Source of the DNA: Nitrospirota bacterium
GTDB taxonomy: Bacteria; Nitrospirota; UBA9217
Length of the DNA stretch: 64,000 nucleotides
Reading direction: 5' to 3'
Assembly: GCA_963845065.1 (NCBI GenBank)
Contig: CAWJQQ010000001.1
Span: forward strand, 416,001 to 480,000
The notes below the pieces were generated by a model. The model was given only the letters and a program-made list of their open reading frames with translations, was not told the origin of the DNA and ran no database searches. The position numbers and the translations under genes were made by a program. Of the stretch, positions 1 through 11,716 are shown piece by piece (position 1 is the first letter of the stretch; every line of letters begins with the position of its first letter).

Positions 1-11
1 TTCAGAGGAAT

Positions 12-740
12 ATGCTTTATTATCCGACTACATATTTGCCTTCACAAGCAACTCTCACCGCCAATAATATGCAATTCTGGCCTTCAGGATTAGAAGACTA
101 TAGAGGTTTTACCAGTACTCAACATGCGAAGAAGGTAACAGGAACGATCATAATTTTCCATGGAAATGCCGGCACGGCTGGGGACCGAGTATATTATATG
201 AAAGTGTTACCCCATCTCGGATACAGAGTGATACTCGCGGAATATCCCGGCTATGGAGGGAGAAAGGGAGAACTGGGGGAAAATTCATTTGTGCATGATG
301 CGAAAGAGACCGTGCGCTTAGTTTCAAATAAATACGGAGCCCCGATATTTCTTTTGGGAGAATCATTGGGATGCGGCGTTGCAGCAGCAGCCGCGAAGGA
401 TTCGCCTGTTAAAATCGATGCAATAATACTTATCACACCCTGGGATACGCTGCTGTCCTTAGCCAAGGAAAAATTTCCCTGGCTTCCAGTTCGCTTATTT
501 TTACGCGATAAATATGACACAATTGGGTATCTAAAAGAGTATCCAGGGAGAATTGCAGTCATTGGAGCGGAGCGTGATGAGGTGATCCCTTTACATCACG
601 CACAGACACTATTTAAATCACTGTCAGGAACCCATAATATGTATATAATCAAAGGGGCAGGTCATAACGATTGGCCTGCGATCGTGGACCAGGCCTGGTG
701 GAAAGAAATCACGGATTTCATTCAAGGGAATAATATTTGA
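12..740 (+). CDS. alpha/beta hydrolase (probably 5'-truncated by the window edge)
   Basis: FHGNAG, EYPGYG, nucleophile elbow GESLG, Asp in RDEVIP, His in GAGHND; the frame is open to the window edge. Confidence 0.9.
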   Translation: MLYYPTTYLPSQATLTANNMQFWPSGLEDYRGFTSTQHAKKVTGTIIIFHGNAGTAGDRVYYMKVLPHLGYRVILAEYPGYGGRKGELGENSFVHDAKETVRLVSNKYGAPIFLLGESLGCGVAAAAAKDSPVKIDAIILITPWDTLLSLAKEKFPWLPVRLFLRDKYDTIGYLKEYPGRIAVIGAERDEVIPLHHAQTLFKSLSGTHNMYIIKGAGHNDWPAIVDQAWWKEITDFIQGNNI

Positions 741-1093
741 GTATAGCGGAAGATTGCATGCTTAGCATACAAACGCAACTGACCAAAAAGGAATATGTAA
801 AGATGTTTGGCTGTATTGTGTAGCCCAACTTGCATGATATTTAAAAGTCCGGACGGGCCTTTAGAGTCAGGATCGGTTAGCAGTGAAGAATTACGATTGA
901 ATCATGCAATGCAAACAACATCCTATGCTCCTTTTGTCAAGTTTCGTTTTTATTAAATTGTAAGTTATCCATTTCTTTTCTTTCGAGTTTGAGGACGTTT
1001 CTTTATTAGAGCAGACCTCCCTTTTACATCCTATTCGGATGTTCCCGTTTTTTCGACGAGTCTCTCTTACACAAAGCGAACTTGACCTCTAAG

Positions 1094-2140
1094 TGTTATT
1101 TGACAACGTACAGGACATCGTGGACAAAAATATTAGTCACGACATCGTGGACTCGCAACTTTGAAACTATTCTACTCAACGATGCCGTAGCGAGAATACA
1201 CGGTCATCGCAGTTGATATTTGAATTCTTCTACCTGGATTGTATCCAGGAAGAGTTTTAACTTTTGATTTTTGACATCTGCAGTAGCCACAATGTATTCG
1301 TATTGGGTCTCCGGTGGGGTCGGGAACATTTCACCAAAGATGTTCAACCTGCAGTTGCTTCGGATGAATCTGACGATATGATAGCAGCCTTCCTCCGGCT
1401 TATCCAAAGGGTGCCTTGGGGCATCGCCTGGATCGGAAAGATCAGTTTCTTCTCCATAGCGGCCAATGCCTTGAGCGGGGTTTTCCCTTTAATCTTACTG
1501 TAGCGATAGGTACTGTTGTGCCGGTGCTCGAAGGCTAAGGATTCTTGCTGAAGCTGCGACATCGATGACATTACGACCTTATTGAGAAACTTCTGTTCGT
1601 AATGGTCGTTGAACTTTTCGACGACTCCGTTCCACCAGGGCTCGGAAGGTGGAATGAACCAAAGATTGACCCCGTGGTGTAGGCAGAGACGAATAAGCGG
1701 TCCCATTTCTCGTGGGTGGGTTGGACTTCCATAAAAGGCCATATCGTTGTCCACTTGAAGATTCTCAGGCAGGCCCATACGCATCCAAACTGCATAAACA
1801 GCGTCCAAAACGCTTTACGCTGCACGGGAGTGTATCGGCTTTATCCCGCACCGGTTGATTGCGGTATCGACGGCATGCAGGCTGAAGAACTTGATCGTGC
1901 CGGTAAGATAACAAGGGCGACCATATCAACCTGATGGGTCTGATTGGGCAAGAGCGCCGGAAGTTCTCGATACTTCTTGCCCTTCGGTGTATATCTTCCG
2001 GTCCGCCGATGAGTTAATTCGCGTTGCCATAAGATACAGCCAATGGTGGTGAGGGAGGGAAGGGTCGAACCTCCATGTCGTTCATCTCCCATTGGATGGC
2101 CTGATTGCCGCAAAAGAGTCCCTTGTTGAAGTGTCTGTTC
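1094..2140 (-). mobile_element. degenerate IS481-like (integrase-core DDE) transposase and its 3' end
   Basis: Frameshifted fragments HQVD, LQVDN, FIPPSEPWWNGVVEKFN and KGKTP. The end at ~1094 starts TGT, with repeated GACATCGTGGAC (1113-1124, 1141-1152). The N-terminus is lost. Confidence 0.7.
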
Positions 2141-2400
2141 TTCTTTCTTGAGCCGTTTTTTGAACGAAAGAAGGTTCCTGATGTCACGGATGGCGGCTTC
2201 CGGGTAATCGTAGTACAAACATTTTCCCAGGGCAATAAGGTCGGCCACGTTCCCGGCATCCTTGGTATCATGTTTGTCCCACCGCCCGTTCATGAGCTGC
2301 CGGTTCTTTACGGTCGAAAAGGGAGATACCAGAACGACCATGAAACCGCACTTAATGAGGTGTTCCTCCAGGGGTACCTGGAATTCATGGCTTATACCAA
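2140..2400 (-). pseudogene. internal fragment of an IS110-family transposase
   Basis: VLVSPFSTVKNRQLMNGRWDKHDTKDAGNVADL matches the IS110 DEDD N-terminal KxDxxDA motif; it is fused to the IS481-like remnant. Confidence 0.7.
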
Positions 2401-2524
2401 TAATATCTTGACTTACCATAATATTTGTGTAATAATAATTCTGGTATTTTATTAAGTCTATAGTATGATAAAAAATATGCAGACATTCCGTGTTTTCGTA
2501 AATTTGGGAAAAGTAACGGCGATT

Positions 2525-3877
2525 ATGATCAACCTCTTCGAATCGCTGCGATTCAAAATTTCAGTCTTTATCGTTGTTCTTCTCCTGATCACGGCTTCTA
2601 TTTTTTCCGTGATTACCCTCCAGGCCATGAAACGGAATATCATGGAAGAGGTCATCAAGAGGGCCGAATCGTTGTGCAAAAGCACAGCGGCATTGGCTCC
2701 TTATAGCATGCTTGCCAATGATGTGCTGGGCATAGATAATATTGTCTCGAAAGTTCGGGAAGCAAATTCTGATGTAGAGTATGTGGCTATCACTGACACC
2801 GGTATGAAAGTCCTTGCGCATACCGATATCGCCAAGCGGGACACCTTGTTTCACCTAGCATCAGCTAGCATGATAAGGGAGACCGTGGATAATACGAGGG
2901 TGTATGAATTAGACGCTCCAGCGGTCAATTTGTTCGAAGTACATACCCCAGTTATTTTTAACCACCGGCAGATCGGCAACGTCATCCTTGGGATCAACAC
3001 ATCAGTTTTGGTTCATGCCCAGGCCGAAACCCGACGAAGGATTATGATCGGACTCGGCATTACCCTGCTTCTCGGTATCGGATGCATCATCGTACTGACT
3101 TCTCTTCTAACGCGGCCCATTAAGGAACTATCCCTAGGCGTCAACGAACTGAAACGAGGGAGGAAGTCGAAGCTAAGAATATATGCTCATGATGAGCTCG
3201 GCAGTTTGACGGAAAGTTTCAACCACATGGCCGAGATGATCACCAGACAGCAGACCGAACTCAGCATATCTGCCCAAGAGCTAGAGGATGCCTATGTTTC
3301 AACGGTGAAGGTGCTCGCCGCAGCGATCGATGCCCGTGATCCCTATACCCTCGGTCATTCGACAAGGGTTTCGCAATTGTCGGTAAAGATCGGGGAGGCA
3401 CTCGGTCTTTCGCGTCGCGAGCTTGAAGATCTTGAGGTTGCAAGTCTTTTTCACGATGTTGGAAAACTGAAGACTCCAGACTATGTTCTGCTAAAAGAAG
3501 GATCGCTTAACCCGCTGGAGCATCGCGAGATGTCGGAGCACAGCGAACACGGCGCGGCTATTCTGAGCCGGGCGAAATCCCTTCAGAAATACATACCCGC
3601 AGTCAAACACCACCACGAATGGTTCAACGGGGAGGGGTACCCCGACGGACTGCGGGCAGAAGACATTCCTCTTCATGCAGCAATCATCACTGTGGCCGAC
3701 GCCTATGATGCCATGACTTCCTCGCGGCCCTATAAAATCCCGCGCTCACCTGAAGAAGCCCTTCGCGAGCTGAGCCTGTATGCTGGTAAACAGTTTGATC
3801 CCCGCATTGTCGAGGCTTTCTGCCGGGTAATAGATTCCAATGCCACGCTTAAAGAGCATGTTTCGAGTGGCAGGTAA
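2525..3877 (+). CDS. membrane HAMP + HD-GYP cyclic-dinucleotide phosphodiesterase
   Basis: Two TM helices, HAMP (DELGSLTESFNHM), DPYTLGHS, HDVGK, HHHEWFNGEGYP, VADAYDAM; start chosen at ATG 2525. Confidence 0.92.
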   Translation: MINLFESLRFKISVFIVVLLLITASIFSVITLQAMKRNIMEEVIKRAESLCKSTAALAPYSMLANDVLGIDNIVSKVREANSDVEYVAITDTGMKVLAHTDIAKRDTLFHLASASMIRETVDNTRVYELDAPAVNLFEVHTPVIFNHRQIGNVILGINTSVLVHAQAETRRRIMIGLGITLLLGIGCIIVLTSLLTRPIKELSLGVNELKRGRKSKLRIYAHDELGSLTESFNHMAEMITRQQTELSISAQELEDAYVSTVKVLAAAIDARDPYTLGHSTRVSQLSVKIGEALGLSRRELEDLEVASLFHDVGKLKTPDYVLLKEGSLNPLEHREMSEHSEHGAAILSRAKSLQKYIPAVKHHHEWFNGEGYPDGLRAEDIPLHAAIITVADAYDAMTSSRPYKIPRSPEEALRELSLYAGKQFDPRIVEAFCRVIDSNATLKEHVSSGR

Positions 3878-4412
3878 TCCATGAACCCTTTCATATTGTT
3901 GTACGTTAAGTTCTGTTTTTTCGCTCTTACAGTGGCGGAGTGCTCGTTGCATTCCAAGGGCCGGGAACGGAACCGGAAACGGCATAAACATATACAAGAA
4001 AACATACTCCAAAAAGAGCAATTGACTGTAAATTGCATATTGAGCTATAATAAATAAGATATAAGATGAGATCCTGCCCCGTTTTGCACATCGGCGTTCA
4101 TGTTCATCTGAATAAGTTTTTATTCAGTATGTTCAAAATAGTATCTGCGAAGAGTACCATGTTCCCCATTATCAGGCGTCTAAGATTAATCAATGAAATA
4201 GATCGCGGTAAGCCTGTGGGACATTCTTTCTAGAATTTATAAAAACAGTCCATCTTAATTATTCGGGAGAGGCGAGGAAAGAGATGCGCTGCCTGTCGAG
4301 AGCGCACAGTTCTCCAGGACGCTTCATATGGCTCAATCACAAGTGTCCTTCGCGATTCCTGCTTGCCAGTTTCCATATTCGCCCGACTGCTTTGGGACGA
4401 GGAGGATATTAC

Positions 4413-5282
4413 ATGTCTGCTGATATTTACTCGGTCATTGAGAAAAAGGGCTTCCAGGACGGCATTGTTTTCATCGTCACGAAAGACAACTGCTCAATTG
4501 AAGTCCACATTTACTGCGGCGTGATCATTCGGGCAAAATCCCCACGGCTTTCTTTCGATCAGATTTGCGAAGCTCTCTCGCATGGAGATTTGAAAGAGAT
4601 ATCGTTTCAAGAATCTGCCGAAAGTCCCGATGCCGCCCAGGCCCCTCTGCTGGAGTATACTTTCCCTGCAGCCGCGGCATCAACGATCAATCCCGCGGGA
4701 ACTTCACATGCAACGCTGATTAAAATTGTTCGGCTCATGTCCAGCCTCGTCAAATCGGACAAAGACCAGGGGACCAGAGCATTCGACGTGATGCGCCGGG
4801 AAATCACAAAGCTGCATCCGGGCTTTTTGATTGATGTCGCTACTATCAAAAAAAGGATGAGCGAGCTTGATGAAAAATTTGGCCTGGAGTCCAAGACCTT
4901 TGAGTACAAGGCCGTCCCGGACAATCTGCAGGAAATACCAGGGTGGGTATTTAGATATCTAGACTCCATCAGAGACAGCCGGATAAAAGACAGCGTATTA
5001 TATTTTCTTTTTTTTGGTCAGATGTCCGACAGGATGATCAGAACTAAGATAGATCAGGCAACGAGTCTCGGTGCAAAACAGGGCCATGCAATTTTGTCTA
5101 AAACGGTCTATCCCGTTTTGAAGGACAGCGGATCGGCAAGTCTGTTTAGCGGCGCGGACAAAATCGGCGACATGAAGATCGACTGGAATATAGAAAAGAA
5201 AAGCACGATAGCAATAACGAAGACCGACCTCGACCATTTGGGCCTGAAAAACGGCGATTCAATAAATCTATTTTTTAGTTAA
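4413..5282 (+). CDS. hypothetical protein
   Basis: GGAGG RBS at 4401-4405 before ATG 4413; 289-aa ORF; followed 11 nt later by the next gene. Confidence 0.75.
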   Translation: MSADIYSVIEKKGFQDGIVFIVTKDNCSIEVHIYCGVIIRAKSPRLSFDQICEALSHGDLKEISFQESAESPDAAQAPLLEYTFPAAAASTINPAGTSHATLIKIVRLMSSLVKSDKDQGTRAFDVMRREITKLHPGFLIDVATIKKRMSELDEKFGLESKTFEYKAVPDNLQEIPGWVFRYLDSIRDSRIKDSVLYFLFFGQMSDRMIRTKIDQATSLGAKQGHAILSKTVYPVLKDSGSASLFSGADKIGDMKIDWNIEKKSTIAITKTDLDHLGLKNGDSINLFFS

Positions 5283-5293
5283 AAGGAGGATCT

Positions 5294-5524
5294 ATGGATT
5301 ACATATCGCTGGTCAATTTGATATTTAGCATCACGATCGTCATACTCGGTATAAAGAAGTATTCCCAGACTAATGTCAAGGCATTCATCTTTATAGCCGC
5401 CGGCTTCTTCATGTATGCGATATCGCATTTTTCGCTGCTCATGGGCTGGGGCGGCCTTAAGACGGCCCTTATCGCTGTCAGGAGCGTAGGATACATTCTG
5501 GTTATCGCTGGATTGCTTGTGTAA
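5294..5524 (+). CDS. small membrane protein (3 TM)
   Basis: AAGGAGG RBS; hydrophobic 76 aa. Confidence 0.8.
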   Translation: MDYISLVNLIFSITIVILGIKKYSQTNVKAFIFIAAGFFMYAISHFSLLMGWGGLKTALIAVRSVGYILVIAGLLV

Positions 5525-5882
5525 GATGCTGATAACTGTATAATCGGGTGGTATGCTCTTGGGGACCAAACCGGTCCAGGCGAGAGGGTTGCGGAGCATT
5601 GTAAAAACAGCCCTTGAGTAGTACGAGACAAAAAATACCTTGACGGGATCATGAACTCCGAATGAACGGTGACGAGTTACTTCATCGTTGCGCCTGTCTT
5701 CTTTGAACGCGATCATCATCGGTTTCATTATTGAGCATAAAGATCAGATATTCCTTCTTTCTGGAGCGGATGCGTTTGTATCTGAGGGTGATTTGAGCAC
5801 CAAGCTTACTCAATTAATAAGATACAGAAGGCACAAAGATGCTAACTGATAACCATGGGCAGACCACGATTTGAGTTACGCC

Positions 5883-6170
5883 TCAGGCTTTTTGTGACCC
5901 CTTTGGCACATAGTCAAAGAAACGTTCCGTAGTACCGCCCGACGTCCATTCGGCGCGCAGACGGGACTTCCGCTCGACTCGACGCATGGCAGGGAGCAAA
6001 GTACGATTCAACTCGCGCACATCTTCCCCACGCATTGTCGCCTTTACAAGAGGTCCTTCATCTGTTGGTATGATTGAACCTTTGGAGATGAGCTCTTCCA
6101 AGGCAAGCTTGATGGCTTGAGGATTTTCTGTGCTCACCCGTGCTATGAGAGTGAATGTTCTTTTGGCCAT
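5883..6170 (-). CDS. small hypothetical protein
   Basis: AAGGAG RBS before ATG 6170; 95 aa ending RLRAEWTSGGTTERFFDYVPKG. Confidence 0.75.
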   Translation of the reverse strand: MAKRTFTLIARVSTENPQAIKLALEELISKGSIIPTDEGPLVKATMRGEDVRELNRTLLPAMRRVERKSRLRAEWTSGGTTERFFDYVPKGSQKA

Positions 6171-6411
6171 ATAATACTCCTTACTCACTTTTGTTGTATC
6201 TCATAGAATAGCAAGAAGGCGATTCAAGTAAAGTGAGGACAAAGCAACAGTTTAGGATTGTTCGAATATCCATTAAGACAGACAGCTGAATATCTAGGTT
6301 AGCGATGCACTTGATATACTATGCATAGTATTCATGACGAATACATGCCTGATATATAATAAGATGTCAATGACAGCGACGCGACATGACAGCGACGGTA
6401 ATACCAAAATA

Positions 6412-7928
6412 GAAATGATAATCATATAAAGGGCATTGTCAAGTGAAAATAGTTATCTTGTGACGAGAAAAGGAACTTTTCTCGTCAAACCTTTTCGTAT
6501 CATTATCCTCACCATTGCCGCAATTTCATTTTATTCAATATCAATTCTTCACTGCATCAGACACCCAACAGGATTAAAGTCATTGCTACTGCAGGATCTC
6601 TCCAAGACCCTTTCTACCGTCGGCGGACCAGAAAATCTTCGGCTCTTTGCCGCGCCCAAGTGGTTTTCATTTCTTATGGTTATAAACCTGTCCTGTAATA
6701 GTTCACGGCACGGGCAGCAAAGATGCTGATAACGATATATACTACGGGTGGGGCGGATTACCAATCATTTCTCATAAGCTAGCTAGAGCGGCTTATTACA
6801 TCATGCGGGACGGGGTGTCGTTCGTGCCGGAGAAGAAGTGTTTTGGATGAAAGATGGCTGGGGCGGTGAACCAGCATAGGATGGTAAACCCATGAGCAAG
6901 GGCATTATGCGCCACCATCCTGTTTGTATTCTGCGCGTTGCTGTTATTATAGGCTCGTGCGTCCTTATCAAATCGACGCGCTAGTTCTGCTGCTTCCAAG
7001 AATGCCCAGGCAAGATACTTGTTTCCGCACTTCTTATTCCCTTTGCCCTTTTGCTTCTAGTTGCGGATCCACGAGGTCGAAACCTTTCGACAGTACGATA
7101 CAAAATTAGCAGCATTGGCAAGGCCAGTCTCCAGAATAATCGTCAGGCCCAGTATCTTGCCAATGACGGGTTTCGTCAGAAGCTTGTTGTATGTCTCCCG
7201 CAGATCTACCCGCTCTCCCACAACGGATTCTAGTGACTTGATCTGCAAGGTGAAAAAATCTATGCTCTCCTTGCTGGCCTTTTTCTACCAGCGCCAGATC
7301 CTCGTTGCCGGCAAAATAGGGTGTTACATGATCAATGGTTAAACCTTAACGTCGTTCGACTTCAGTTTGAAACCATTGTTACGGCTGATCATGTTCTGAA
7401 GACTTAAAATCAACGATGTCCGAAGTCGGACTAAATGGCTTCGCTTCCTGAGTAAATCTCGAATCGGACGATCTTCTTTCGGATAGATATATCCCCCAGG
7501 GAAAATACCAAGCCTCAGCTCTCGGCCAGCCAGAAGGCGTCGTACTGATCGTCTGCATACTTGGGTCCAGAGAATTTCTGGATCTTAGTGGTGTTTGCAA
7601 TATGTGCCTTGTAGCCCTCTTCCGTCAGGACATCGACTAGCCAATACCAATTATACATCGATTCTACGACGATGCCTGCCACATTGTCTTTGTATGGCGC
7701 CAGTGTGTGCAGGATAACTTCACGATCGTTCGATAGTTTCTTCTTAAATATTCGTTTGCCATCCTCATCGATAATGCCAAGATAGGTGTTGCTTAAATGC
7801 AGATCACAGCCAGCGTATAATTTCATACAGCACCTCCAGGATTAAGATTGGCCTCTTTATCCTATGGGCATAACAGAATCTTACTGTTCTGCTATGCTCG
7901 GAGGTACCATTTATACGATTATCATTTC
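6412..7928 (-). mobile_element. degenerate IS110-family (IS1111-like) element with frameshifted transposase
   Basis: The transposase starts at 7826 (YAGCDLH..VVES..KYADDQYDA) and has several frameshifts. A 19-bp inverted repeat with 1 mismatch lies at 6412-6430 / 7910-7928. There is a long 3' non-coding region. Confidence 0.85.
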
Positions 7929-8772
7929 GACTTTGGAATAACATTAGAATGACGGATGTGTCAGCGATGGATATGATAGCATGGGGTAGCATAAGTATCG
8001 TCGGATGAGTATTTATAGAGGGACGCCAAAAATTCAGTCTGGAACTTTAAATTTTATGCGGAAAAGCAATTTCACTAGCTTCGGGATGGACATTATACTT
8101 TTACGAAAATTGTAGAGATCGCACAATGCATGTTTTGGTAGAAGTGTTTTAATTTATCATCCGAATGAAATTATCGACAAATCCTTTTGATTCCCTGATG
8201 TCACGAACCAGCATTATTGGTTACTATTGGCAATCCCGACTAACAACCTCTTATTATATTAACAGTACAACATTACAATTAATTGATAAAGCTATCAGTA
8301 CAAGGATTATTTAAAATCGGGCATTTTATTTTTGGTGGCTGAAAATTAAAATGAAACTCCCCAGCGGGAGCTGGGGGGGCTTCGTTAAATGTTGGATGCG
8401 ACAATCTTGAATGCGCCATGCAGGCTGACGCTTCATACCAGACTGGAATCTGGTGTCTTTTGCGGCTCAATAAAACGCTTTATGTGCACCGGGATTAGGG
8501 ATGCGAACGGAAGGTACATCGCAATGAACTTTACAGCATCCGCAATGGGGTTAGATAGGGACGCGTGCATTGCAAGAAACGTGTCACAGTAATTTATCTA
8601 GAATTTCATTGAAGATTATGACTTGAAACCTGTTTTTTCCCAAAACTCAGCTGCTTTTTGAAGGATATGTTGGAAAGAGCTTTCAGATAGTTTTTTGGTC
8701 TGCTTGCCATGACCGCAGTTTTAAGGTATATATAAAAAGAGGATATCTGATATTCAAAGGAGGCAAAATCGT

Positions 8773-8943
8773 ATGAAAGTCAAGGAGGGGGATGTGCTCA
8801 TTTGTACAAGTAAGGATTGTACAGTAGAACTAAAAGTGATGCACGCCTGCCACAGTAAAAACTGCGGGGTTGAGTGCGATATCAAAGCCTTGTGGCATGA
8901 TAAGCCCATGGGGTCAGAAGAAATAGAGCAAACTGTAAACTGA
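8773..8943 (+). CDS. 56-aa Cys-rich putative metal-binding protein (not in the ORF track)
   Basis: AAGGAGG RBS; MKVKEGDVLICTSKDCTVELKVMHACHSKNCGVECDIKALWHDKPM..., resembling desulforedoxin-like small proteins. Confidence 0.65.
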   Translation: MKVKEGDVLICTSKDCTVELKVMHACHSKNCGVECDIKALWHDKPMGSEEIEQTVN

Positions 8944-9342
8944 GCATACGATAGAATGGTGAAGGAGTGATGAGTCACCCCTTTACTTTTTCAACTCTGA
9001 AATCAGGTTTGTGCTATTCGCTGGGTCGAAGCTTTCGCCATCGAATGGCATGTCTTTATCCGATCCCCTCCAAGCAGACCACACGGTTTGTTAATATCGA
9101 GGCGCTCATCGAAGTATATCTTTACGGTGTCAGCTGTCATTGAACTGACCCCCTCCGTTTAGAAAATTTATGTTAGACTGTTAAGCAGGATTCCTGGCAT
9201 GAGACAGGCAGATAGGATCTTGTTATGAGAAAATAGAGAAGATTCAGCGTCGAATTTGAAATAGAGGAATTGAGACGATAAATTCTCAAACATAAAGAGA
9301 AGAATAATGGCAGCAACTGAAAATGAAGTTGCATATGCTTTG

Positions 9343-9580
9343 TTGTCCGCCGCTACAAGGAAGAGGGCACCATTACCACGCTCTTCGACATGACGGTGCA
9401 CAACTGTATGGACCGCTTCCACCTCGTGGTGGACGCCATCGACCATGTTTCGCGGACCGGCGACAATGGTATCTACCTGAAGCAATATATATCAAGGCCA
9501 AATTGGTTGAGCACAAGCAGTATATCGACAAACACGGCCAAGACATGTCGAAAATCCGGGACAGGAAGTGGAGCAGCCCC
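9343..9580 (+). pseudogene. xfp: phosphoketolase (XFP) C-terminal remnant
   Basis: [28 protein letters not shown], then after a frameshift [24 protein letters not shown], the typical XFP C-terminus. Confidence 0.85.
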
Positions 9581-9646
9581 CGAAATGAATGCGCAAGAGC
9601 TTATGCACTCTACAGAAACCTATGCCGATCAGCCCAAGGATCTTCA

Positions 9647-11392
9647 GTGAAACAACTAATAATATTGATGCGGGGCTTTTGGCTTTCAGCGCCACTGGTT
9701 TTGATCGCTCTGTTTTGCGGATCTGGATGCGGCCCAGCAAGCACTGCTGAGACTCAGCTTGCAACTATCAGCACAGAAAGTTCGAGTGCGCTGGAGCTTA
9801 ACTCCGAAGGTCAAGCCTGGCTGAGCGCCGCCATTAGCCGTGGCAGTTTCTCCGATTTGCGTTGGCCAGATTTCAACGATTACAGCATGAACGTGAAGAA
9901 ATTCTACGAGCTCAACGGTGATTCATTGTGGTGGGTCAAGGGAATGGAGCCGACCGCACAGGCGCGGCAGATGATCGCGCTGTTGCTCAAGGCCGACCAA
10001 AAGGGGCTCTCCGCGGAAGACTACGACGGATCTCGGTGGAACGATCGGCTGGCAAAACTCAAACCTGAGAAGCGGCAGCCGACCGAGGCCGATTCTGTAA
10101 AATTCGATCTCGCCCTCACGGTTTGCGCGATGAGGTATATCTCCGACCTCCACATCGGCAAGGTAAATCCGAGGCATTTCGACTTCGCCTACGATGATGA
10201 GTCCAAGAAATATGATTTGGCCAAATTTCTAAAAGACAATGTTGTCGATGTGAGCGACATTGCTGGCCACTTGGCTCAAGTGGAGCCGCCCTATCCCGGT
10301 TACCGGCGCATGATTCAAACCCTGCAAACGTATCTCGAGCTTGCTAGGAAAGATGATGGAGAGCAGCTCCCGAGCGTGAAAAAAACGATTGTACCTGGCG
10401 ATTCCTATCCCGGCGTCGCAAGGCTTACGCGACTGCTCCGGTTGGTTGGCGACCTCCCGGCTGATGCCAATGTCCCGTCTGATCAAACCGCTTACGCAGG
10501 TGCTCTGGTGGACGCTGTAAAGAGTTTCCAGCTCCGCCATGGCCGATATCCGAGCGGACGAATTGATACTCAAACCCTGTCTGACTTGAATGTTCCTCTG
10601 AGCCGTCGAGTTCGACAAATGCAACTAACCCTTGAGCGATGGCGGTGGTTGCCGGACGAGTATCAAAAAGCGCCCATCGTGGTCAATATCCCCGAATTCC
10701 GTCTCCGCGCCTATGATAAAGACTTCGATATCGGTGTGACGATGAACGTCGTGGTGGGCAAAGCGTACGACCATGACACCCCGGTGTTTACCGACACCAT
10801 GGAGTACGTCGTTTTCCGCCCATATTGGGAGGTGCCATATTCCATTACAAGAGATGAAATGATTCCGCACATTGTTCGCGATCCCGACTACTTGACAAAG
10901 TATGGATTCGAGATTGTGGACAGCGGGCAGAACGTCGTATCGGTGGGGACGGCCACGAACGAATTACTCGACCTACTCCGGGCCGGGAAACTTTTCGTCC
11001 GACAAAAGCCGGGTTCAAAGAACGACCTAGGACTTGTGAAATTTGTTTTCCCAAACAGCTACAGCGTATACATGCACGACACTCCGGCCACAGTACTCTT
11101 CGGGAGGTCCCGGCGGGATTTCAGCCACGGCTGTATCCGGCTGGAGAAACCCGCTGATCTGGCTGAGTGGGTCCTGCGCGACAATCCAGGCTGGACCCCG
11201 GAACGTATTCGAGCGGCCATGTACGGCGGCACGACCCAGCAGGTGAATCTCGCACACCCGATTCCGGTCTTGATCGTCTATGCCACCGTTATCGTGCTGA
11301 AAGATGGACTGGTTCACTTCTACGATGACATCTACGGTCACGACGCCGCACTGGACAAGATTCTTGCGAAGGGCTACCCATATCCATGGTAA
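9647..11392 (+). CDS. L,D-transpeptidase (YcbB/LdtD-like) with PG-binding domain, putative lipoprotein
   Basis: AAGGA RBS + GTG 9647; signal peptide with Cys; [23 protein letters not shown]...SHGCIRL catalytic motif. Confidence 0.92.
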   Translation: MKQLIILMRGFWLSAPLVLIALFCGSGCGPASTAETQLATISTESSSALELNSEGQAWLSAAISRGSFSDLRWPDFNDYSMNVKKFYELNGDSLWWVKGMEPTAQARQMIALLLKADQKGLSAEDYDGSRWNDRLAKLKPEKRQPTEADSVKFDLALTVCAMRYISDLHIGKVNPRHFDFAYDDESKKYDLAKFLKDNVVDVSDIAGHLAQVEPPYPGYRRMIQTLQTYLELARKDDGEQLPSVKKTIVPGDSYPGVARLTRLLRLVGDLPADANVPSDQTAYAGALVDAVKSFQLRHGRYPSGRIDTQTLSDLNVPLSRRVRQMQLTLERWRWLPDEYQKAPIVVNIPEFRLRAYDKDFDIGVTMNVVVGKAYDHDTPVFTDTMEYVVFRPYWEVPYSITRDEMIPHIVRDPDYLTKYGFEIVDSGQNVVSVGTATNELLDLLRAGKLFVRQKPGSKNDLGLVKFVFPNSYSVYMHDTPATVLFGRSRRDFSHGCIRLEKPADLAEWVLRDNPGWTPERIRAAMYGGTTQQVNLAHPIPVLIVYATVIVLKDGLVHFYDDIYGHDAALDKILAKGYPYPW

Positions 11393-11716
11393 GGGCTTGT
11401 CCGATGGGGAATTTTGTTGAGGTAAGGCAAGAAGAGACAGTCCAGCACGATGTAATCGCTACGCTGAACCTCTGGAATCCCATAAATAGGGAAACAGACA
11501 GACTGTTAGAGGGTTATCATGTGATCAAGGATTTTAATTTTATATACGCATGCAGACTTAGTAAATTACGTCAGGGAAGTACGTGCCGTAGAATTACAGA
11601 GTATTTGTTTTACGTAAAATTACGTCCGAAGAGTACAACCGTAAAACAACGATTTTTCTCGGATTATAGCCACCACAGCGCTTAGCCGAGGATAACACAA
11701 GCGTAGATGGCAAATA

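Noticed and set aside
1841..2419. 192-aa ORF as a real gene
   Set aside because: Chance in-frame join of IS110 and IS481-like fragments
9323..9646. N-terminal extension of the 689-aa ORF as a novel fusion
   Set aside because: It is read-through across a phosphoketolase remnant; the RBS and signal peptide point to GTG 9647
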